From NCBI GenBank assembly GCA_042576125.1, contig JBHPCH010000001.1, forward strand, positions 1 to 63,856: a stretch of 63,856 nt of DNA, read 5' to 3'. The translations under genes were made by a program, and so were the position numbers. This document shows, one piece after another, positions 40,331 through 48,655 of this stretch (position 1 is its first letter; every line of letters starts with the position of its first letter). A model generated the notes under the pieces. It did not search any database. It saw nothing but the letters and a program-made list of their open reading frames with translations, and was not told where the DNA came from. The stretch is from Thermodesulfobacteriota bacterium. Its GTDB lineage: Bacteria > Desulfobacterota > Desulfobulbia > Desulfobulbales > BM004.

Positions 40331-40407
40331 GGGCCTATAGCTCAGTTGGCTAGAGCCACCGGCTCATAACCGGTCGGTCCCTGGTTCGAGTCCAGGTAGG
40401 CCCACCA
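40331..40407 (+). tRNA. tRNA with CAT anticodon (elongator type; Ile2/lysidine or Met)
   Basis: GGGCCTATAGCTCAGTTGGCTAGAGCCACCGGCTCATAACCGGTCGGTCCCTGGTTCGAGTCCAGGTAGGCCCACCA. G1-C72 is paired and there is no GGG/CCC anticodon stem, so it is not an initiator. The T-arm and variable region resemble tRNA-Ile2. Confidence 0.85.
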
Positions 40408-40740
40408 GCTAACAAGGCAGACCATCCATCTGTATTTACAGATAGCCGGCTTCGTTAAAGTTCTCATCTTACAGATTCTTTACATATAACATATTGATAG
40501 TATTAGAATCTGTTGTGACTGAGGGATTTGCTACAATGTAATTAATACTTGAGCTTATGTCTGTATGTATTCCCTGTCCGGTAGCAATATACAGATCTTG
40601 AGCCTTTTTGCAGCAACATAAAATGAAATGGCAGGTAAGTAGTAATAAAATTGTGGTTTCCAGGTTTTATCGACTGAAAAAGTGGCCCTGGGGGTTAATT
40701 CTCAAGGGGAAGCCACGAATAGTTTTCTGGATTGAAAGAA

Positions 40741-40777
40741 AAGGTGCACCTGAAAAAGAGGTGTGCCTTTTTTCTTT
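40741..40777 (+). terminator. Candidate intrinsic terminator about 30 nt upstream of nif3
   Basis: AAGGTGCACC-TGAAAAAGA-GGTGTGCCTT (10 bp including 2 G-T pairs) followed by TTTTCTTT. Confidence 0.45.
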
Positions 40778-40809
40778 GTGATAAATGAATGCATTCTTTT
40801 TGACTTGAG

Positions 40810-41652
40810 ATGGGAAGAAATCTGACAATAAAAGACTTACTTCAAACACTGGACAAGATCGCGGCTTTCGGCCTGGCAGAACAATGGGATAATGTCGGCC
40901 TCATGGTTGGAGACCCGAAACAGGAGATAAAAGGCATCCTGGTAGCGCTTGATCCTACTGAAGATTTACTTGCCGAGGCAGAGAAATGCGGAGCAGACTG
41001 CATCATTACCCACCACCCCCTCATTTTTACCCCCCTCAAAGCAATATATACGAATCAGCCGTTGGGCAGGTTTTTAAGCCAGGCTCTGAAGAATGAGATT
41101 TCAATAATAGGCTGCCATACGAATTTGGACCAGGCTATCGGAGGAGTCAATGATGTACTTGCCTCCAGTCTTGGTATGGTGGAAACAAGGCCCCTTGCCC
41201 CAACTGTTCAGAGTCATGATACATCAGTCACAGAAATTGGATTTGGGCGTGTTGGTCGTCTTGTCAAAACTTTGAGTCGGCAAGCATTTATTGAAAAGTT
41301 ATGCCTGTTTTTTAATTTGCCGGCCTTGCGTGTTGCAGGACAGATACCCGAGACAGTAAGCACAGTCGCAGTGTGTGGTGGCAGCGGGTCTGAATTGGCG
41401 GAAGCAGCCTTTGCCGTTGGAGCGGAAGTGTATATAACAGGTGAAGTGAAGCACAGCACAGCAAGATGGGTTGAGGCCTCAGGTTTTTGTATTATTGATG
41501 CAGGCCATTTTGCAACAGAGAATCCGGTTGTTGAATCTTTAGTCAGTACCCTTGAGACCGTTTTGGCTGAAAAAGGGATCGGCATCCCGATAAAATCCTC
41601 TGCAAAACAGCAAAACCCTTTTACATTTTATCAACCCGGAGTGCAGGGGTAA
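40810..41652 (+). CDS. Nif3-like dinuclear metal centre protein (YbgI family)
   Basis: 280 aa. The N-terminal pattern AEQWDNVGLMVGD and the ITHHPLIF motif are typical of NIF3/YbgI. Confidence 0.85.
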   Translation: MGRNLTIKDLLQTLDKIAAFGLAEQWDNVGLMVGDPKQEIKGILVALDPTEDLLAEAEKCGADCIITHHPLIFTPLKAIYTNQPLGRFLSQALKNEISIIGCHTNLDQAIGGVNDVLASSLGMVETRPLAPTVQSHDTSVTEIGFGRVGRLVKTLSRQAFIEKLCLFFNLPALRVAGQIPETVSTVAVCGGSGSELAEAAFAVGAEVYITGEVKHSTARWVEASGFCIIDAGHFATENPVVESLVSTLETVLAEKGIGIPIKSSAKQQNPFTFYQPGVQG

Positions 41653-41766
41653 TTGATTGGACGTACGCTCATCCATAAATACATCAACCGAGCTTAGAAT
41701 TTTTAAAAAAATTATCATATAAAAATAAAAAGACGAAAATAACGTTAGCTATCAAGGAGACAACCA

Positions 41767-42486
41767 TTGAATGAAGAGATTAAGCAGTTGACAGAACTGC
41801 AGGTAATTGATCTGGAAATCGCTCTGCTGGACGCTGAGATAAGCTCTGAGGAGAAGGAACTTGCAAAAAGAGAAAAGGCTTTTAATGAACGTCGGGAATC
41901 CATCACTGAATTGAAGGAAAAAATTGAAGCCGCCGAAGCGCAGCGCCGGGAAATTGAAGCAGAACTTGCTGATGAGATGGCCCGGATTAAAGAGCGTCAG
42001 TCCAAAATGATGCAGGTACAGACAAACCGTGAGTACCAAAGTCTGTTGAAAGAGATTGAAGACGCCAAAAAAAATATTAAGGACAAGGAAGAGGAAATTG
42101 TCAGCCTTATGGAAACCAGTGAAGCCAATAGTAAAATTATGGCTGAGCAGGAGAATCTGATATCAGATGAAAATAAGATTCTTGACGAGGAAAACGCAAA
42201 AATCAAGAAGCATGCAGCATCCATTCAAAGGAAAATAAAGAAAATTGCCACGACGCGTAATAAAATGGCAAAAGAGATTAAGGCTTCCGTCCTGAGAAAA
42301 TACGATATGCTTCGTGTACGACGCAACAATAAAGCTGTTGTAGGCGTTGTCAATGGTGTTTGCCAGGGATGTTTCATGAGCATTCCTCCCCAGCATTTTA
42401 ATAATATTTTGAAGGGAGACATGATGCTTGACTGTCCAACCTGTCAGCGCATTCTTTTTCATGATCCGGAGAGCTCGGAGGAGTAA
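41767..42486 (+). CDS. Coiled-coil protein with C-terminal C4 zinc ribbon (COG1579/DUF164-like)
   Basis: TTG start preceded by AAGGAG. A long heptad-rich region is followed by CQGC...CPTC. Confidence 0.8.
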   Translation: MNEEIKQLTELQVIDLEIALLDAEISSEEKELAKREKAFNERRESITELKEKIEAAEAQRREIEAELADEMARIKERQSKMMQVQTNREYQSLLKEIEDAKKNIKDKEEEIVSLMETSEANSKIMAEQENLISDENKILDEENAKIKKHAASIQRKIKKIATTRNKMAKEIKASVLRKYDMLRVRRNNKAVVGVVNGVCQGCFMSIPPQHFNNILKGDMMLDCPTCQRILFHDPESSEE

Positions 42487-42629
42487 GTTCCGGGTTTAGC
42501 AAATAGATCTCTTTACCTTTTGGGGGAAGCCAGGCAAAAGCCTTTGGTTTTGTCTCATTCATTACAGTACAGCCTCATGGTAACTGAAATCACTTTACAC
42601 ATGGCTGACTGGACCTAACTATAAATTTT

Positions 42630-42979
42630 GGAGTGGGCGCATGATCGCTGGCCTTTTGGGACCAGAGGAAAGTCCGAACTTCACAGGGCAGGGTGGTTCG
42701 TAACGCGAACTCCGAGTGATCGGAGGAAAGTGCCACAGAAAACATACCGCCCGTTTTTGGCGGGTAAGGGTGAAATGGTGAGGTAAGAGCTCACCGCTTT
42801 CATGGCGACATGAAAGGCAGGGTAAACCCCACCCGAAGCAAGATCAAATAGGGAAACGTTTGAGGGCTGCCCGTCTGATGTTTCCGGGTAGATCGCTGGA
42901 GGTGCCGGGTGACCGGCATCCAAGATAAATGATCATGGTCCCCATGCGGGATACAGAATTCGGCTTACAGCCCACTCCA
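42630..42979 (+). ncRNA. rnpB: RNase P RNA, bacterial type A
   Basis: P1 GGAGTGGGC / GCCCACTCC, the universally conserved GAGGAAAGTCCG and ACAGAA..CGGCTTA(C), plus GGTAAGGGTGAAA and AGCAAG..CAAATAGG blocks in canonical order. Confidence 0.95.
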
Positions 42980-42988
42980 ATTTTTTAT

Positions 42989-43203
42989 TGTTCATTTTCT
43001 TTGCTTGTCCAAAGAAAACGAACCAGCAGCGAAGCGGCGAAAGAAAAGACAGCCGATCACTTATCCGCCTAAGGCGGATTCCCTGCGCTGCTCAAAATAA
43101 CCGGGCGCTGTGAAACTCGCGAAGTTTATGCCCCGCAGGGGTACTCAAACAGTCCTCGCGCTGTTCCGGTTATTTCTGCGCTGCTCGGTTGCGTGAAATG
43201 GCG
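42989..43203 (+). repeat. Structured intergenic repeat, copy C (starts 9 nt after rnpB)
   Basis: The reference copy: 5' hairpin at 42996-43017, variable hairpin at 43063-43079, a long central hairpin capped by GCCCCGCAGGGG, and a 3' end ...CTGCTCGGTTGCGTGAAATGGC. Confidence 0.8.
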
Positions 43204-43275
43204 CAAAAAGTAAAAACCTAAAGTTTATATAATATTTTAAGGTTATTAACCTTTAATTTTTAGCCTTGCGTATAA

Positions 43276-44487
43276 ATGAATCCCTCCAAAGTAGCCGCAA
43301 TCATACCAGCCGCAGGAAGCGGCATCCGTATGGGGTTGCCTTCCCCAAAGCAGTTTTTCGAACTGGACGGGATCCCCATCCTCATCCGTACACTCCAGGT
43401 ATTTCAGCAGGCAGATGCAGTAGGGTGTATCGTTGTGGTTGTTCCACAGGACAGTTGTTCTCAGGTTGCTGAGCTGGTGCAGAAATACGAACTTGCCAAG
43501 GTGTTCAAAGTTGTTGCCGGGGGCGAATATCGCCAAGATTCCGTCCTCTCAGGCCTTGAAGTCTTGCCCCGGGAAATAGAACTTGTACTGGTCCATGATG
43601 GGGTCAGGCCCTTTGTCCCTGTTTCTGTTATTGAAAACTGCATTGATGTAGCAGAAAAAGAAGGGGCAGCAATGGCAGCAATACCTGTCAAGGATACCCT
43701 GAAGGCAGTTTTGCCAGATGGAGTTATTGAACATACCATTGACAGAACAGGGGTCTGGCAGGCACAGACACCACAGGCTGCAAGAGTTTCACTTTTAAAG
43801 AAAGCTTTTGCCGGTGCAACAGAGAATAAAAGTTTTATTGCCACAGACGAGGCATCATTACTTGAACGCATCAATATCCCTGTAAAGGTGGTTGAGGGGT
43901 CGGAGAAAAACATAAAAATAACCAGGCCTGAAGATCTCTTTCTTGCCCAAGCCATACTTATGGAAAGCAGGGGCGACAAAAATGTTCTGGATGGAAGTCG
44001 GGACTATCGTATTGGCTATGGATATGATGCGCATACTCTGATCGATGGGAGACCTCTCATATTAGGGGGCACCACAGTTTCGCATGCCAGGGGATTGCTG
44101 GGTCATTCAGATGCAGACGTGCTGCTCCATGCCCTGTGTGATGCCATGCTCGGAGCTGTTGCCATGGGGGATATAGGGCAGCATTTCCCAGATACTGACA
44201 AAAAATATAAAGATATCAGTAGTTTGAAAATTCTGAAAGCTGTCTACGGTTTGGTAGAAGAGTTTGGCTATATGTTGCATAATGCAGATATAACTGTGGT
44301 GGCTCAGAAACCCAAACTGGCTCCCTACTTAGAGGACATGACAAAGAACATTGCAGCTGAAATAGGAACCGATCAGGACAATATTAACATAAAGGCCACG
44401 ACCACTGAAGGCATGGGGTTTGAGGGAAGAGAGGAAGGCATATCAGCCTATGCTGTTGTACTTCTTAAAAAAAGCAATCAGTCTTAA
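43276..44487 (+). CDS. ispDF: Bifunctional IspD/IspF (MEP cytidylyltransferase / MEcPP synthase)
   Basis: 403 aa. The N-terminal IspD motif is AAIIPAAGSGIRMG; the C-terminal IspF motif is RIGYGYDAHTL...GHSDADVLLHA. Confidence 0.95.
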   Translation: MNPSKVAAIIPAAGSGIRMGLPSPKQFFELDGIPILIRTLQVFQQADAVGCIVVVVPQDSCSQVAELVQKYELAKVFKVVAGGEYRQDSVLSGLEVLPREIELVLVHDGVRPFVPVSVIENCIDVAEKEGAAMAAIPVKDTLKAVLPDGVIEHTIDRTGVWQAQTPQAARVSLLKKAFAGATENKSFIATDEASLLERINIPVKVVEGSEKNIKITRPEDLFLAQAILMESRGDKNVLDGSRDYRIGYGYDAHTLIDGRPLILGGTTVSHARGLLGHSDADVLLHALCDAMLGAVAMGDIGQHFPDTDKKYKDISSLKILKAVYGLVEEFGYMLHNADITVVAQKPKLAPYLEDMTKNIAAEIGTDQDNINIKATTTEGMGFEGREEGISAYAVVLLKKSNQS

Positions 44488-44580
44488 GCGGTCATCTTTC
44501 AGAAAAAATATCCATAAACTCTACTATGTTAAGCAAGACAGAATAGGATTTAAAAGAAACTTAAATTGTTTTAAGGGTTT

Positions 44581-44778
44581 TGTCATTTTACGTAGCCGAG
44601 CAGCGGAGTAAAAAGTAGATAAACGACTCGGCGGAGCAACGCGACTTTCCGAGGCGTCTGCTTTTTGTGAGCAGCACAGGGTAGTCCCGCTGTGCGGGAC
44701 CAAGTGAACGGCTGCCTTTTCTTTGGTTCGTTTCTTTGCACCCTTAAAACAGGGCATGAAGGCAAGCAAAGAAATGAA
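44581..44778 (-). repeat. Structured intergenic repeat, copy D (diverged, with internal deletion/insertion)
   Basis: The reverse complement shares the 5' hairpin arms (TTTCTTTGC/GCAAAGAAA), the variable hairpin GTCCCGC-N3-GCGGGAC, and the 3' end CTGCTCGGCTACGTAAAATGAC. Confidence 0.7.
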
Positions 44779-44851
44779 TAATAAATCTAGATATAGAGAT
44801 AATTACTTCGATTTTTTACTTCGGGAATTTAGAAGATTATAAAACGTAATA

Positions 44852-45394
44852 CTACGTTAAAGAATAAACCCTTTCCACCTTATGTATCGCCCCTTTCGGG
44901 GTGAGTGTGCTTGAGTAAAGCTTAAAGTCATCAATTTGGAACGGTTCCTGACTGAATAATCCATTACCGGAAAGAAAGTTGGCAACTTTTTGAGGCGGAG
45001 TATTTTTCAGCCGTGCCAGTGTTATATGCGGTGAGAATTTTCTCTTTTCAGGCTTCACACCTACTTTTAAGAGTGCAGCGTCGATTTTTTTTCTTAAAAG
45101 CTGCAATGGTTCACTTTTTTCAAGACCTGTCCAGATAACCCGTGGTGCACCTCTCGGCGGAAAATGCCCTACCCCCTTCAGTTGTATGTTAAAAGGTGAA
45201 ATATTTACTTCTGCAAGCGCGTTTTTTATGTCAAGAAACAGTGCTCCATCGACGTCCCCGATAAATCGCACAGTGAGGTGCAGCTGATCAAGAGCGATCC
45301 ACCGGGCACCCGGAATGCCAAAAAACATTGATTCCAGATTTTTCTTTATTGTGTCAGGCAGGTCTACGGCTATGAATAATCTAGGCATGAACAA
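44852..45394 (-). CDS. thpR: RNA 2',3'-cyclic phosphodiesterase (2H family, ThpR/LigT)
   Basis: 180 aa with two HxT motifs (HLTVRF and HITLAR). Confidence 0.8.
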   Translation of the reverse strand: MFMPRLFIAVDLPDTIKKNLESMFFGIPGARWIALDQLHLTVRFIGDVDGALFLDIKNALAEVNISPFNIQLKGVGHFPPRGAPRVIWTGLEKSEPLQLLRKKIDAALLKVGVKPEKRKFSPHITLARLKNTPPQKVANFLSGNGLFSQEPFQIDDFKLYSSTLTPKGAIHKVERVYSLT

Positions 45395-45477
45395 TTATAA
45401 ATTATGAGTTATGAATTAACTAAATAAAGAAATCTACATTACATAATAGTGTAAAATTCAAGATTTAAAAATAATTT

Positions 45478-46167
45478 ATGAAAAACGATAATTTGAATAA
45501 CGCCCCCATCCGCTGGGAACCACATTGGGATGCTGTCGATACCGTGCTGCTGGATATGGACGGTACTTTGCTGGACAAACATTTTGATGATTATTTCTGG
45601 GAACATTATGTTCCAGAAATTTTTGCAGAGCAAAACGATTTGACCCCTCCCGAAGCCCGAAAGGAACTTCTTGCCCGCTATAAAAGCATAGAAGGGACCC
45701 TGGCCTGGACAGACCTTGATTACTGGTCTGAAAAACTCGGTCTCGATATTCCTGCCCTGAAACTGAAGATCAACCACCTCATTCAGGTCCATCCTTATGT
45801 CGTTGATTTTTTGAAATATTGCAAGTTGTTAGGCAAAAAGATACACCTGGTGACCAATGCTCACAGCAAGACCCTGGATATCAAAATGCGGAAAACAGAC
45901 CTCGGCGGTTATTTTGACAGGATCATCTGTTCCGAAGAGGTCGGTCTCCCCAAGGAGGATCCTGAATTCTGGGAGCGTCTTGAGTCAATACTCGGTTATG
46001 ATAAACAAAGAACTCTCCTGGCCGATGACAATGATAATGTGCTTCAAGCAGCACAAGCGTATGGCATGGGGGTACTCATTTTTGTCGCCAGGCCAAGCAG
46101 CCGGGCCGAGATCCACTATTCTGTCAAATTCCCCTCCATCGTATATTTTAAGGAATTGATAGTTTGA
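45478..46167 (+). CDS. HAD-superfamily hydrolase (nucleotidase/phosphatase-like)
   Basis: 229 aa with motif I LLDMDGTLLD and a later VTNA / DD pattern. Confidence 0.7.
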   Translation: MKNDNLNNAPIRWEPHWDAVDTVLLDMDGTLLDKHFDDYFWEHYVPEIFAEQNDLTPPEARKELLARYKSIEGTLAWTDLDYWSEKLGLDIPALKLKINHLIQVHPYVVDFLKYCKLLGKKIHLVTNAHSKTLDIKMRKTDLGGYFDRIICSEEVGLPKEDPEFWERLESILGYDKQRTLLADDNDNVLQAAQAYGMGVLIFVARPSSRAEIHYSVKFPSIVYFKELIV

Positions 46168-46282
46168 TCCTGATGTTGCCGTTGTACTGAGCGGTAAAAA
46201 TTAATATTGCTTCTGGTATTTTTTTCTGTCAAGTTAATTACTCTTATGCCTATCCAGGTTCCTTACACTAAACGGGGGGAAG

Positions 46283-47878
46283 ATGAGCCGTCCACGAACA
46301 CCTGATGAAAGTTTTCAGTCTTTGGAACAAGAGAAACGTAAATTCAAAATTCTGCAGAAAATTCAGAAAAGGATTGGTGCGGAAAGAGACATTGACAAAC
46401 TTTTGCCCCTTATCATAAGTGAAATATCGAAATTAATCGGAGCTGACAGGACTTCACTTTTTTTGGTGGACTGGGAAACCTTGGAATTAAAGGCAAAATT
46501 TGCAGAAGGGGTAGCCAATAATTCAATCAGAATAAAATTGCGAATGGGCATTGTTGGCTGGTCAGTGCTCTCAAAAAAGGTTGTTAATATTGCCAATGCC
46601 CACGAACACCCCTATTTTAATCCTGACATCGATCAGGTGCTGGACTATAAAACTGAAAGTATTCTCGTTGCCCCGGTACAGGACGATAAAGGCCATGTAG
46701 TCGGTGCAATTGAACTGCTTAATAAGGATACCGGTCATTACAGTGATGTGGATATGGCCCTGATCAAGGACTGTGCGAATAAGTTAAGCCATGAAGAAAC
46801 CCCTCTCACCGACATGCGGCCGGAAGAAGCAAAAGAACTGGTTCTGGAGTTGATGGATAAAACCAGCAGCGAACGGGGGTCGGTTTTTATTGTGGACCAG
46901 GATGCCGGCCAGCTCTGGTCCCTCTACGCTCACGGCGTTGAAAAGTCCCAAATAAAACTCAACATCAAACTCGGCATTGCCGGCCTGATTGCTGTTTCCG
47001 GGCATGTGCTTAATATTAAAGATGCAGCCAAGGACGAGCGTTTCGATTCCAGCATCGACGCAAAGACCGGTTACAGGACAAAGACAATACTTGGCCTGCC
47101 CATTATTGATCATAAAGGGGATACCATCGGTGTCATAGAGGTAATAAATAAACTGAAAGGCACATTTAACGATTCCGACATTGATATCCTTAAAGGATTA
47201 TCATCAATAGTGGCTATCGCAATTGGCAATGCCATGATGTTTGCTGAACAGGAAAAACAGTTTCGGAGTATTCTTGAGGTGATGGCGGCCTCCATTGATG
47301 CAAAAGATACGTTAACGGCCGGCCACTCAATTAATGTCACCCGTTACGCGATGGGGATTGCCACAGAACTCGGGTTCAAAGACTCTGAGATCGATGTGGT
47401 CAGAACAGCGGGGCTTCTCCATGATTACGGCAAACTGGGGATTGATGACCAAGTCTTGAAAAAACCCGGCAAACTGAACAAGGAGGAGTATAATCACATA
47501 AAGAAGCATGTGACCATTACTCGCAGTATTCTCGAAAAAATGAGTTTTGCCCGCAAGTACAGAAATGTACCGGTTATAGCTGCATGCCACCACGAATGTC
47601 TTGATGGCTCGGGCTATGACTGCGGTCTGACATCCAAAGAAATTCCCTTTATGTCAAAAATCATTACTGTTGCAGATGTTTTTGAGGCGCTGACCGCCGA
47701 CCGACATTACCGTCCTGCCATGCCTGAAGAAAAGGCCCTGTCCATTCTCCAGGAAGGTGTTGCCGACGGAAAATTTGACGGCAACATTGTCAATGCCCTG
47801 AGAGGTTATCTGGAAAAAGCATCCAACGAGAGTCATGAAGCATCCAGTAATTTTAATTATTTAGATATTAATTCTTGA
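46283..47878 (+). CDS. Tandem GAF domains plus HD-GYP-type phosphohydrolase domain
   Basis: 531 aa with two GAF-like segments and an HD domain (GLLHDYGKLG, HHECLDGSGYDCG). Confidence 0.8.
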   Translation: MSRPRTPDESFQSLEQEKRKFKILQKIQKRIGAERDIDKLLPLIISEISKLIGADRTSLFLVDWETLELKAKFAEGVANNSIRIKLRMGIVGWSVLSKKVVNIANAHEHPYFNPDIDQVLDYKTESILVAPVQDDKGHVVGAIELLNKDTGHYSDVDMALIKDCANKLSHEETPLTDMRPEEAKELVLELMDKTSSERGSVFIVDQDAGQLWSLYAHGVEKSQIKLNIKLGIAGLIAVSGHVLNIKDAAKDERFDSSIDAKTGYRTKTILGLPIIDHKGDTIGVIEVINKLKGTFNDSDIDILKGLSSIVAIAIGNAMMFAEQEKQFRSILEVMAASIDAKDTLTAGHSINVTRYAMGIATELGFKDSEIDVVRTAGLLHDYGKLGIDDQVLKKPGKLNKEEYNHIKKHVTITRSILEKMSFARKYRNVPVIAACHHECLDGSGYDCGLTSKEIPFMSKIITVADVFEALTADRHYRPAMPEEKALSILQEGVADGKFDGNIVNALRGYLEKASNESHEASSNFNYLDINS

Positions 47879-48380
47879 GGTCGGCCTGCCAGTTTTTGTT
47901 TTTGTTGCTGTGATTGTCAACATAGTTGACATTATTGTTATTATATGAACTGTAAAGAACCTGGTCCTGATTACCGTCACCATATAAATCATGACCGTTT
48001 TTAAGGGCATGGAACGCCATTGACCCAGGCTTGACTCCCAAACTTTTGGCCAGTGTGATCCAACCTTTATCCTTATTATGCCTGTATTTCTTAACAGCTG
48101 CGATGCCCTGTTCCCGGGATAAACTTTTGAGCATTCCCTGCATCTCACCAAGCCTCAGCATTATGTAAGCATCCGCTGGACTGTCAAAAACACTGAGCAA
48201 AGCAATGACCTGGATATCGCGAAGATTAAATCGTGCTGCAAGCTTTGCTCTGAATTCTGAAGGGTCGGCTTGAGCCTGGATGTTGAAATCCCTGGTCCAG
48301 CCAAAATCACTGGCTATTGCAGCCGTTGAAACAACGAAAAATGCCAGCGATGCAATAAGCAAGATTTTTAATGATTTCAT
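47868..48380 (-). CDS. Secreted hypothetical protein
   Basis: AGGAGG Shine-Dalgarno before the ATG at 48380. Signal peptide MKSLKILLIASLAFFVVSTAAIA and an Asn-rich C-terminal tail. No family recognised. Confidence 0.5.
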   Translation of the reverse strand: MKSLKILLIASLAFFVVSTAAIASDFGWTRDFNIQAQADPSEFRAKLAARFNLRDIQVIALLSVFDSPADAYIMLRLGEMQGMLKSLSREQGIAAVKKYRHNKDKGWITLAKSLGVKPGSMAFHALKNGHDLYGDGNQDQVLYSSYNNNNVNYVDNHSNKNKNWQADLKN

Positions 48381-48655
48381 GTTATCCCCTCCTGTTGATT
48401 TATTACTCATATAAGTAATTAGCAAAAATTATGCCTCTTTGTTGAGGGGAGAGAATATACGTTAAGATCTGTACAGAAATGGATATGCTTTATGCAATTT
48501 ACTGCCTGAAAAGAAGAGATAAACCCTGGGGGTAAAAAAATTCTGTTCCCTGGTTTTATCCGGGATTTTTTTTTAAGGAGTGTTTTTACAGAACCAGAAA
48601 ACAAGTCCTTCGGAAACAATGTTTACATTGTGATTTGGGTGAGGTTGGAGGGGTG

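Noticed and set aside
42681-42923. 80-aa minus-strand ORF
   Set aside because: It lies entirely within RNase P RNA.
43461-43979. 172-aa minus-strand ORF
   Set aside because: It is antisense to ispDF; a shadow ORF.
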